Positions 56,455-64,000 of a stretch of DNA of 64,000 bases are shown here, piece by piece. Every line of letters starts with the position of its first letter. Positions within the stretch are counted from its first letter, which is position 1. A program made the position numbers and the translations under genes. The DNA comes from an uncultured delta proteobacterium (GTDB lineage Bacteria > Desulfobacterota > Desulfobacteria > Desulfobacterales > SG8-13), in NCBI GenBank assembly GCA_963848135.1, contig CAWKCK010000005.1:310001-374000 (forward strand), in the 5' to 3' direction. The notes below the pieces were generated by a model that was given only the letters and a program-made list of their open reading frames with translations, had not been told where the DNA came from and made no database searches.

Positions 56455-59181
56455 ATGAAAAAGACTGCCATTAAAATTGGGTTGATGCTTATTCTATCCC
56501 ACTTTTTATTCATGCCGGCAGGAACCGAGTCGCTCCTGGCGGCATCTTTTTATGCCAACATGGTGGAAAGCGGCATACGCGCCTGGGTGGAACAGCCTGA
56601 AAAACCCGGTATAATAGCGCCCGCGCGGAGCGAAGCGACGGCCCCCGCTTTGGTGGCGGCGAACTCGCAAACGAGTGCCTCACCCCAAAAACCATCCGAA
56701 GCAGATGCCCCTTCTGCCACAGGTCCGACCGTGAAAAATGCGGATACCGCCCGCATGGTGCTGGTGCTGGATGCATCCGGTTCCATGTGGGGCCAAATCG
56801 ACGGCAAATCCAAAATCGAAATCGCCAAAGAGGTTGTGGCCGAGCTCATCGATCAAATTCCCGCCGATTTTCAGACAGGTCTCACGGTTTATGGCCATCG
56901 CCGTAAAGGCGATTGCAAGGATATAGAAATGGTGATCCCCGTGGGACCACACAACGCCGCCGCCATGAAAGCCAAAGTAAAGGACATCAGCCCCAAGGGC
57001 AAGACCCCTCTGAGCGAGTCGGTCAGACAGGCGGCCCAGGCCCTGCGTTACACTGAAGAGCGGGCTACAGTAATCCTGGTCAGCGATGGACTGGAGACGT
57101 GCGATATCGATCCATGCGCCTTAGCCGCCGAGCTGGCCATGAGCGGCGTGGAGTTTACCGTGCATGTGATCGGATTTGACATCAGCAAAGAAGACCAGGG
57201 GCGCCTGCGCTGTATGGCCGACAAAACCGGCGGTCTTTTTCTTGCCGCGAGTAATGCCGGTTCTCTGCGCGACGCTCTTTTCAAAACCGTTGAAGAAGTG
57301 AAAGCGCCGCCGCCGCCAGTGGTGGAAGATCCCGGTACGGCCGTATTGGACGGACCGGCCAGTGTGCCGGCCGGATCGACCTTCTCGGTTCAATGGGAGG
57401 GCCCGGACAGTCGCGGCGACTATATCGCTATTGCGGAAAAGGGCTCAAAGGACCTGAGTCATAGAGACTACAGGTACACCAAAAAAGGCAACCCCGCCGA
57501 TTTCACAGCTCCGGGAAAAGTGGGCGAATATGAACTGCGCTATGTCCACGCCCATAGCCGCAAGGTGATCGGTCGCGCCGGTCTCGAAGTCACACCGGTC
57601 CAGGCAACGGTTCAGGCGCCGGCCGCGGCCGATGTCGCCGTCCAGTTTGAAGTAAAATGGCAAGGCCCGGACTATCCAAGCGATTATGTCGCCATTGCCC
57701 GGCCCGATCAGCGCTCGGGCAGCCAGGTCCATTATACCTACACCAAAAAAGGATCCCCGCTAAAGCTGCGAGCACCATCCGATCCCGGCACCTATGAAGT
57801 GCGCTACATTATGGGCCGAGGCAGTCATTTGTTGGCCAAAACCACCATCGAGATCGAGGCGGTCAGCGCTGCGGTAGAGGCACCGGCCGCGGCCGACGTG
57901 GCATCCCAATTTGAGGTAACCTGGCAGGGGCCTGACAATAAGTCGGACTACATCGCCATTGCGCGGTCCGAACAGAAACCGGGCAGCCAGGTCCATTACA
58001 CTTACACCAAAGAAGGCTCTCCGCTAAAGCTGCAGGCACCATCCGATCCCGGCACCTATGAAGTGCGCTACATCCTGGGCCAAGGCAGCAAACTGCTCGC
58101 CAAAACCACCATCGAGATCAAGGCGGTCAGCGCTGCGGTAGAGGCACCGGCCGCGGCCGACGTGGCATCCCAATTCGAGGTGACCTGGCAGGGGCCCGAC
58201 AATAAGTCGGACTACATTGCCATTGCGCGGTCCGACCAGAAACCGGGCAGGCAGGTCCATTACACTTACACCAAAGAAGGCTCTCCGCTAAAGCTGCAGG
58301 CACCGTCCGATCCCGGCACCTATGAAGTGCGCTACATCCTGGGCCAAGGCAGCAAACTGCTCGCCAAAACCACCATCGAGATCGAGGCGGTCAGCGCTGC
58401 GGTAGAGGCACCGGCCGCGGCCGACGTGGCATCCCAATTCGAGGTGACCTGGCAGGGGCCCGACAATAAGTCGGACTACATTGCCATTGCGCGGTCCGAT
58501 CAGGATCCGGGCAGACAGGTCCATTACACCTACACCAGAAAAGGCTCTCCGCTAAAGCTGCAGGCACCGTCCGATCCCGGCACCTATGAGGTGCGCTACA
58601 TCCTGGGCCAAGGCAGCAAACTGCTCGCCAAAACCACCATCGAGATCGAGGCGGTCAGCGCTGCGGTAGAGGCTCCGGTCGCGGCCGATGTGGCATCCGA
58701 ATTCGAGGTGACCTGGCAGGGGCCCGACAATAAGTCGGACTACATTGCCATAGCGCGGTCCGATCAGGATCCGGGCAGACAGGTCCATTACACCTACACC
58801 AGAAAAGGCTCTCCGCTAAAGCTGCAGGCACCGTCCGATCCCGGCACCTATGAGGTGCGCTACATCCTGGGCCAAGGCAGCAAACTGCTCGCCAAAACCA
58901 CCATCGAGATCGAGGCGGTCAGCGCCAAGGTACAACCCCCTGCTTCGGCAACTGTCAACACTGAGTTTGAAGTCACATGGCAGGGGCCGGATTATAAGTC
59001 CGATTATATATCCATTGCGCGCCCAGACCAGGGTCCGGGCCGTTATGTAACGTATACTTACACCCGCAGGGGTAATCCGCTTAAAATTAAAGCCCCCGGG
59101 GAACCCGGCACCTATGAAGTACGCTATATCCTCGGGCAGGGTAGCAAAGTGCTGGATAAGGCGACCATTACAATCAAGTAG
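56455..59181 (+). CDS. Exported VWA-domain protein with 7 tandem ~88-aa Ig-like repeats
   Basis: MIDAS DASGS, TPL, VSDG-ETC; C-terminal repeats V.WQGP...DYIAI...PGTYEVRY. Confidence 0.9.
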   Translation: MKKTAIKIGLMLILSHFLFMPAGTESLLAASFYANMVESGIRAWVEQPEKPGIIAPARSEATAPALVAANSQTSASPQKPSEADAPSATGPTVKNADTARMVLVLDASGSMWGQIDGKSKIEIAKEVVAELIDQIPADFQTGLTVYGHRRKGDCKDIEMVIPVGPHNAAAMKAKVKDISPKGKTPLSESVRQAAQALRYTEERATVILVSDGLETCDIDPCALAAELAMSGVEFTVHVIGFDISKEDQGRLRCMADKTGGLFLAASNAGSLRDALFKTVEEVKAPPPPVVEDPGTAVLDGPASVPAGSTFSVQWEGPDSRGDYIAIAEKGSKDLSHRDYRYTKKGNPADFTAPGKVGEYELRYVHAHSRKVIGRAGLEVTPVQATVQAPAAADVAVQFEVKWQGPDYPSDYVAIARPDQRSGSQVHYTYTKKGSPLKLRAPSDPGTYEVRYIMGRGSHLLAKTTIEIEAVSAAVEAPAAADVASQFEVTWQGPDNKSDYIAIARSEQKPGSQVHYTYTKEGSPLKLQAPSDPGTYEVRYILGQGSKLLAKTTIEIKAVSAAVEAPAAADVASQFEVTWQGPDNKSDYIAIARSDQKPGRQVHYTYTKEGSPLKLQAPSDPGTYEVRYILGQGSKLLAKTTIEIEAVSAAVEAPAAADVASQFEVTWQGPDNKSDYIAIARSDQDPGRQVHYTYTRKGSPLKLQAPSDPGTYEVRYILGQGSKLLAKTTIEIEAVSAAVEAPVAADVASEFEVTWQGPDNKSDYIAIARSDQDPGRQVHYTYTRKGSPLKLQAPSDPGTYEVRYILGQGSKLLAKTTIEIEAVSAKVQPPASATVNTEFEVTWQGPDYKSDYISIARPDQGPGRYVTYTYTRRGNPLKIKAPGEPGTYEVRYILGQGSKVLDKATITIK
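57604..59178 (+). repeat. 264-bp intragenic tandem repeat
   Basis: Unit starts at 57868, 58132, 58396 and 58660 are near-identical; flanking units are more diverged. Confidence 0.92.
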
Positions 59182-59468
59182 GCGAGTGCTGGATATTCCT
59201 AATCTTCAAAGTTTTTGAATCAGTTGGTAGTGATTCTCTATTACCAGTTTCTACTCTGCTGAACCGATTGCCTGACTGTCGCCGAACTGATGTGCGGTCG
59301 CCGTGACAAGCAGTTTGAAGTAAATGACAAACGCATCAGGCCGGAAGTAAAAGAAAACTGACGTCGGGCTTCTGGCCACTGGCTGCCGACAATCCCTGCT
59401 CGACGAAACAGCTTTCCCCTAAAATCCTTTCATCACCCTTTTATCGAATCCCGATTTTCCACAACATC

Positions 59469-60284
59469 TTAGTCCGATGCCAGAATACGTTTGTTGCGCA
59501 AGGCATGAACCACTAGAAACGTCTGCCACTCCTGGTCGGCAGAACCCCAGGTGCCGTCGGTGTTCTGGCTGTCGATAATTTGTATCAATGCATTGCCGAA
59601 CTGGGCATCGGCCTCCGGAATATTCAGGTGAGCCAAGGCGTTGACGGCCTGGAAAAAGGGGATTTTCGGGCCCCAGTCGCCCCGTGCAGTCTGCCGAGCG
59701 GCAAACCAGGAAACAGCCGAACGGATCGCCGGCCGGAATCGATCATCCGGATGCACGACCAATGCTCGCAGGGCATTGTGCATGGCCACCGTGTCGCGCT
59801 GAAACTCAGCGGATTCCGCCACATCTGCCGCCAACTGTGCATAGAGTTGGTTCGCTTCCAGAGTGGTTGCCTTACCAAAAATGGCCAAAAGAAAAAGTGT
59901 CGCCGGTAAGATAAAATACGTCCAGCGTGTCGCCGCAAACGGAAGGCCTCGAAGTTGGTCTGGCATTAACACCATCTCGATTGTCTGCGACCTCACCTCA
60001 TTGTCGGCAATGAGTTCACTCAGGGCTGCGTCGATGATAGTGTTCGGGTTCCTCACGGTCAAATGCAGGCCGAAAAGCCGATGGTGCGTCTCGAGAATAC
60101 GTTCGGATCGGCTGTTGGGCCTCGCACCAATGGATACCAGCTCGGCAACCGTGGCATCGAAATCGGTCCTGTAGGATTCGGTTTCACCCTGGCTCAACCA
60201 CTTTTGGCGGGCATAGAGGCCGGGTGGTGTTCGGCTGTCTTTAAATATTGCGTAGGGGTTATGTCTGAGAGTCGGTGGCGACAT
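59469..60284 (-). CDS. Hypothetical protein with prenyltransferase/squalene-cyclase QW-like repeats
   Basis: Motifs RQTARGDWG and SQNTDGTWG. Confidence 0.65.
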   Translation of the reverse strand: MSPPTLRHNPYAIFKDSRTPPGLYARQKWLSQGETESYRTDFDATVAELVSIGARPNSRSERILETHHRLFGLHLTVRNPNTIIDAALSELIADNEVRSQTIEMVLMPDQLRGLPFAATRWTYFILPATLFLLAIFGKATTLEANQLYAQLAADVAESAEFQRDTVAMHNALRALVVHPDDRFRPAIRSAVSWFAARQTARGDWGPKIPFFQAVNALAHLNIPEADAQFGNALIQIIDSQNTDGTWGSADQEWQTFLVVHALRNKRILASD

Positions 60285-60379
60285 GGGCGCAGGTGCTTAA
60301 TAAATCGCTCGAATTAGGTGCAAGCTAAATTAAAAGTGGCAATTAATGGGACCGACAAACGTGTTTCTCAGGGTGTGAA

Positions 60380-61867
60380 TCAGCTAACAGCCCGGACCAA
60401 CTCTTCCAGCAGTTTCACCTCCGCCAGGGTGTCCAGTAGGCAGTATTGCTGCAGGTCGGCGTAAATCCGTTTCTTTTCGTCATCCGAAACTTCGTTTTTA
60501 TGGGCTTTGAGGTACATCAGCGAGGCGGTTTCTCCGTCGGCGATCGCAAGGCCCGAATAGGTGAGGTCCGGCACAAGGGCCGGCAGCACGCTCTTGAGCG
60601 AGGCCGAACCCTTCATGGCTGGGTGGTACAGGATCCTTGACCGGAAAGGGACCAGCAGGTCGACCATGCGGTCGTTGATGGCCCGCAGCGCCGCCGCGTG
60701 TTCCGGAAACGTTTCGGCGAGCGTTTCGTTGACACCGGCCTCGAACGTCTGGTTGTAGACCACCACCGATCCCGTAACGCCGCAACTGCCCACGAGCTCT
60801 TTGACGAAATGCGGCCGCGGGTCACCGGCGCCAGTGTGAAGGAAACCGGCGTGCGTGACGGGGTCGCCGTTTGCCTGCTGCACGTGCAGCGAAAACTGAA
60901 ACGGGATTTTCTGGTAGGGGCGCGTGCCGTCGTAAAGAGGCACGGCCGGATTGATGGTCTCGTAGTCCAGAAAGAAGAGCGGGTAAATGATCCCGTCGAG
61001 AAACTTGCTGATGGCGACGCGGTCCACGTGTATCCGGTGCTCCTTAAATGTGTCGATCTCGATGCCCTGACGCTGGGTGACGTCGAAGCCCTCCGGGATG
61101 TCGGCGACATCGAGAACGCCTCTCGACAGCAGCGCTGCCAGTTTGTCGCCCCTGAAAATATTGTAGACCGAGTAGGCCGGAACGTGTTGCCAGCAGTAGG
61201 GAATGTAGTCGCAGGCGAAGGGCGCCTTGCACTGCTCGCCGATGGGAACAGCAGGTTCATTCGGACTCGCCAGCACGGTCTTGAGCGGTTCCAGAAACGC
61301 CCGCACCACCGCCAGCTGAGCCTCCACATCCGCAGTGCAGTCATCGAGGTGAAACAGCTTTTGCACGTCAAGGGGCCCGCTTTTCACGTATTTGTTATCG
61401 ATGTGCATCAGAATCGATTTGCGGATGTTGTAGCCCGCCCCGTCAAAAGCGTGGCGCTGCAAGGCCATGTCGTCGATGTGGTAACCCTTGACACTCGTGG
61501 TGGACTTGACCTCGACCAGGTCCCACACCCCTGCCCCCCGGCACCTTCTCAAGATGTCGATCCGCGAGTATGCCCCGTCCGGTGAACACGCGGCCGCCTC
61601 GAAGATTGCCGGCGGATTCAGGGCGACGGCTTCTTCCGTGGAACGGATGGTCGCGGCAATCTTGTAATACTCCTCGACGATCTCGACCCCGCCTTCGAAG
61701 CACTTCTGCGCCAGGAGCCCCACCTCTTGGCCGCTGTCGAAAAGGTGCTGCAGAGCGGGGGAGACCTCCGGCTTCAGATCCGGCCGGTGGCGGTATAGCC
61801 ACAGGGCCTTTTGGCACTGCCGCCCTCTGAGGTACTGCGATTTCGAGAGAACGGGATCATTTCTCAT
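60380..61867 (-). CDS. DUF2779-domain protein (PD-(D/E)XK nuclease-like N-terminus, RNase H-like C-terminus)
   Basis: LSKSQY..GRQC, RIDIL...LVEVKS, CxxPxxCxYxxxC, FLDYET, PFQFS.H, YC.LD. Confidence 0.8.
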   Translation of the reverse strand: MRNDPVLSKSQYLRGRQCQKALWLYRHRPDLKPEVSPALQHLFDSGQEVGLLAQKCFEGGVEIVEEYYKIAATIRSTEEAVALNPPAIFEAAACSPDGAYSRIDILRRCRGAGVWDLVEVKSTTSVKGYHIDDMALQRHAFDGAGYNIRKSILMHIDNKYVKSGPLDVQKLFHLDDCTADVEAQLAVVRAFLEPLKTVLASPNEPAVPIGEQCKAPFACDYIPYCWQHVPAYSVYNIFRGDKLAALLSRGVLDVADIPEGFDVTQRQGIEIDTFKEHRIHVDRVAISKFLDGIIYPLFFLDYETINPAVPLYDGTRPYQKIPFQFSLHVQQANGDPVTHAGFLHTGAGDPRPHFVKELVGSCGVTGSVVVYNQTFEAGVNETLAETFPEHAAALRAINDRMVDLLVPFRSRILYHPAMKGSASLKSVLPALVPDLTYSGLAIADGETASLMYLKAHKNEVSDDEKKRIYADLQQYCLLDTLAEVKLLEELVRAVS

Positions 61868-62069
61868 TAGTTGTGCTTTTGAAGGGTTCAATTAAGCAAT
61901 TGCTCGTTAAATTAAAGCCATACGCAAAGCTCTTCCGTTCAAATTCAATCCTCTTAAACCTAAAGTGAGCGTTTCAGATTTTAAATTTAAAATTTGAAAC
62001 CCTGGATTTACCCCATTTTAGTGGACACCTCAGAAAGCCCGAGGTATATGGGCAACAGGAGGTGTTCCA

Positions 62070-62369
62070 ATGTCAAAGAAACAAAGAAAGACCTACAGCC
62101 GAGAATTCAAGAAGGAAGCTGTGGCGCTGATCACCGAAAAGGGATACAGCATGGCCGAAGCCTCCCGGAATCTGGGTATCGAATACAGCATCCTGCGCCG
62201 CTGGAAAAAACAGCTGGCCGATGACCCCCAAAACGCATTTCCCGGCAAGGGACAACTTAAAACTGCCGACCGGGAAATGCGGGAACTCCAGCGTAAATTG
62301 GAGCGAGTTACCGAAGAGCGTGATATCTTAAAAAAAGCACTGGCCTACTTTGCGGAGGATCAGAAATGA
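62070..62369 (+). CDS. IS3 OrfA (HTH)
   Basis: Motifs YSREFKKEAV and EERDILKKA. Confidence 0.92.
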   Translation: MSKKQRKTYSREFKKEAVALITEKGYSMAEASRNLGIEYSILRRWKKQLADDPQNAFPGKGQLKTADREMRELQRKLERVTEERDILKKALAYFAEDQK

Positions 62370-63229
62370 AATTTCGTTTCATCTCTGCCCACCGGGAGAC
62401 GTTCAAGGTAGGCCGCATGTGCACGCTGCTCAAAGTCTCCCGCTCTGGTTACTATACCTGGCTGAAGCGTCCAGAGAGCCGTCGAAGTCTTGAGAACCGA
62501 GCTCTGGAAGACAAGATCCGCGTCTTTCATGCCGCCAGTCACGGCATCTACGGATCACCCAAGATTCACCGGGATCTTATCGATGATGGCGTGCGATGCG
62601 GTAAAAACCGTGTCGCCCGAATCATGCGTGAAGCCGGTATCCGGTCTCGGACCAAAAAGAAATTCAAAGCGACGACCAACTCCCGGCACAACCTGCCGGT
62701 AGCGCCAAACCTGCTGAACCAGGATTTCACTGTGGATGCTCCTGACCGTACTTGGGTTAGCGATATTACCTACATCCATACCGAGAAAGGATGGCTATAT
62801 CTGGCCGTGCTGCTGGATCTGTTCAACCGCGAGATCGTCGGTTGGGCAACCTCATCTCGGATGACCCGCCAACTGGCGATTGATGCACTGCAGATGGCTC
62901 TTGGCCGTCGAACTCCTGCACAGGGCTTGATTCACCACTCGGATCGGGGCAGTCAATACGCTTCCGGCGATTATCAAAAACTCCTTTCCAAGCATGCCAT
63001 TACTTGCAGTATGAGCCGCAAAGGAAACTGTTACGACAATGCTGTTGCGGAAAGCTTTTTTCGTCTGCTCAAAACCGAATGGGTGAACCATCACCGGTAC
63101 CTGAGCAGGTCTCAGGCAACCAACAGCCTTTTTGATTACATAGAAATCTTCTACAACCGAAAAAGGCGTCACTCGGCACTCGGATATGCAACGCCGCAGG
63201 AATACGTAACTTTCTCTCTTGCGGCTTAA
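62366..63229 (+). CDS. IS3 OrfB (DDE integrase core)
   Basis: Motifs WVSDITY, HSDRGSQY, DNAVAESFF..LKTE. Confidence 0.93.
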   Translation: MKFRFISAHRETFKVGRMCTLLKVSRSGYYTWLKRPESRRSLENRALEDKIRVFHAASHGIYGSPKIHRDLIDDGVRCGKNRVARIMREAGIRSRTKKKFKATTNSRHNLPVAPNLLNQDFTVDAPDRTWVSDITYIHTEKGWLYLAVLLDLFNREIVGWATSSRMTRQLAIDALQMALGRRTPAQGLIHHSDRGSQYASGDYQKLLSKHAITCSMSRKGNCYDNAVAESFFRLLKTEWVNHHRYLSRSQATNSLFDYIEIFYNRKRRHSALGYATPQEYVTFSLAA

Positions 63230-63390
63230 CTCGGTGTCCACTGATTCGGGGGAAATTCACCCATCGGGATTGCCGATCTTGCCGTATCTACGGTGTCATA
63301 TGCCGTCCCGCGTAGCTGATCCCGCCGGCGGCGGGACGGAACGACATTTTCCTTGTATCTGCAGCAACCTCGACAATCGCTCAAATTAGG

Positions 63391-64000
63391 TTAAACTGAC
63401 TTGTATGTTTCCTCAACAATGTCTTTACCGTATTTCCTTTCAAGACGACGGATTATAAAATGACCACGTGCCATATCCTGAAAATGATCGATGAATAACG
63501 TGTTGACGATAGCCCCTCCCGCTGCGCCAATTGCCGGCACTGCCTGCGCTGCCGCTTTCTCGGATACCTGGAGACTAAATCGCTGTGCAATTTGAGTAAT
63601 TAACCGCACAAGGGCCGGCGCACCCTCTTCAGAGAGGCCTCTTTTTGCAATATATTCTGCCGCTTTCGAAATGGTTTGCGCCAAGGTTGCCCGAACTGCA
63701 AAATACCCGGACTCAGAAGCATCATCACCCATGCTCGGCCCACCCAAAGCAAATACTTCGATGCATGCTATTTGAGACTCGATTTCTTGGATATTTTCAT
63801 CTTCACTTCTCGCAATATCAGCTATAGAGCGCAACATAATTGTTGTTGATATGGGAAGCTCGATTGACAGAGCGGGTAACCCAAATAAGCCCCCGATGCC
63901 ACCTGTTGTTGCCACTGCCAATTTATGCCAGATATTGGATGCTTCTTCCCCTGACGAAGCTTTCATTGTAAGAACTGCAGCCCTGACAGCCTTGGATAAG
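63391..64000 (-). CDS. EcsC-family protein (5' end outside window)
   Basis: Motifs ELPISTTIMLRSIADIARSE and QDMARGHF.IRRLERKYG. Confidence 0.82.
   Translation of the reverse strand, partial: LSKAVRAAVLTMKASSGEEASNIWHKLAVATTGGIGGLFGLPALSIELPISTTIMLRSIADIARSEDENIQEIESQIACIEVFALGGPSMGDDASESGYFAVRATLAQTISKAAEYIAKRGLSEEGAPALVRLITQIAQRFSLQVSEKAAAQAVPAIGAAGGAIVNTLFIDHFQDMARGHFIIRRLERKYGKDIVEETYKSV

Larger units (their letters stand above)
62003..63259 (+). mobile_element. IS3-family insertion sequence
   Basis: TG...CA ends with IRs TGGATTTACCCC..AGTGGACACC / GGTGTCCACT..GGGGAAATTCA; 3-bp TSD CCC; A7G slippery site at 62330-62337. Confidence 0.93.
61959..63390. mobile_element. MITE family 1, copy 2 (inverted), interrupted by IS3
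   Basis: 61959-62002 plus 63263-63390 is the reverse-complement homologue of 2971-3188; TSD TTAAA. Confidence 0.8.

Noticed and set aside
57760..58788. Four repeated 78-aa minus-strand ORFs
   Set aside because: By-products of the 264-bp repeat in the VWA gene.
60498..61830. Several overlapping alternative-frame ORFs
   Set aside because: GC-rich shadows of the DUF2779 gene without domain signatures.

Overview
A mosaic, accessory-rich window that looks like it comes from a sulfate-reducing deltaproteobacterium (Desulfobacterales-like; inferred from gene content). It has no rRNA, no CRISPR array and no core housekeeping operon. It contains an atypical tRNA-Cys, transporters (MFS, EamA, DASS), an IclR-kce-class III aminotransferase catabolic module and a dense two-component signalling cluster. 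It also has a decayed nhaR-HPF-purC'-carbonic anhydrase-purE' locus, a TonB receptor-YfiR-hybrid kinase(frameshifted)-REC/GGDEF operon, two toxin-antitoxin modules, several lipoproteins, a GLIC-like ion-channel pseudogene, a VWA protein with 7 tandem repeats and a DUF2779 nuclease-like gene. Mobile DNA is abundant: five full-length IS with readable ends and target-site duplications (TSDs) (IS4, IS1380, 2x IS256, IS3), an internally deleted IS5, RAYT remnants, at least two MITE families (one copy split by the IS3), and orphan tmRNA/tRNA 3' fragments. Highlights not in the ORF track are an AhpD/CMD-family selenoprotein (CxxU plus SECIS-like hairpin), and strand-biased intergenic tracts of heptamer repeats with a recurring motif order and GCGAAGC mini-hairpins that bracket cassette-like accessory genes. 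A 27-bp palindrome inside the ORF6N gene also recurs as a free-standing intergenic copy.
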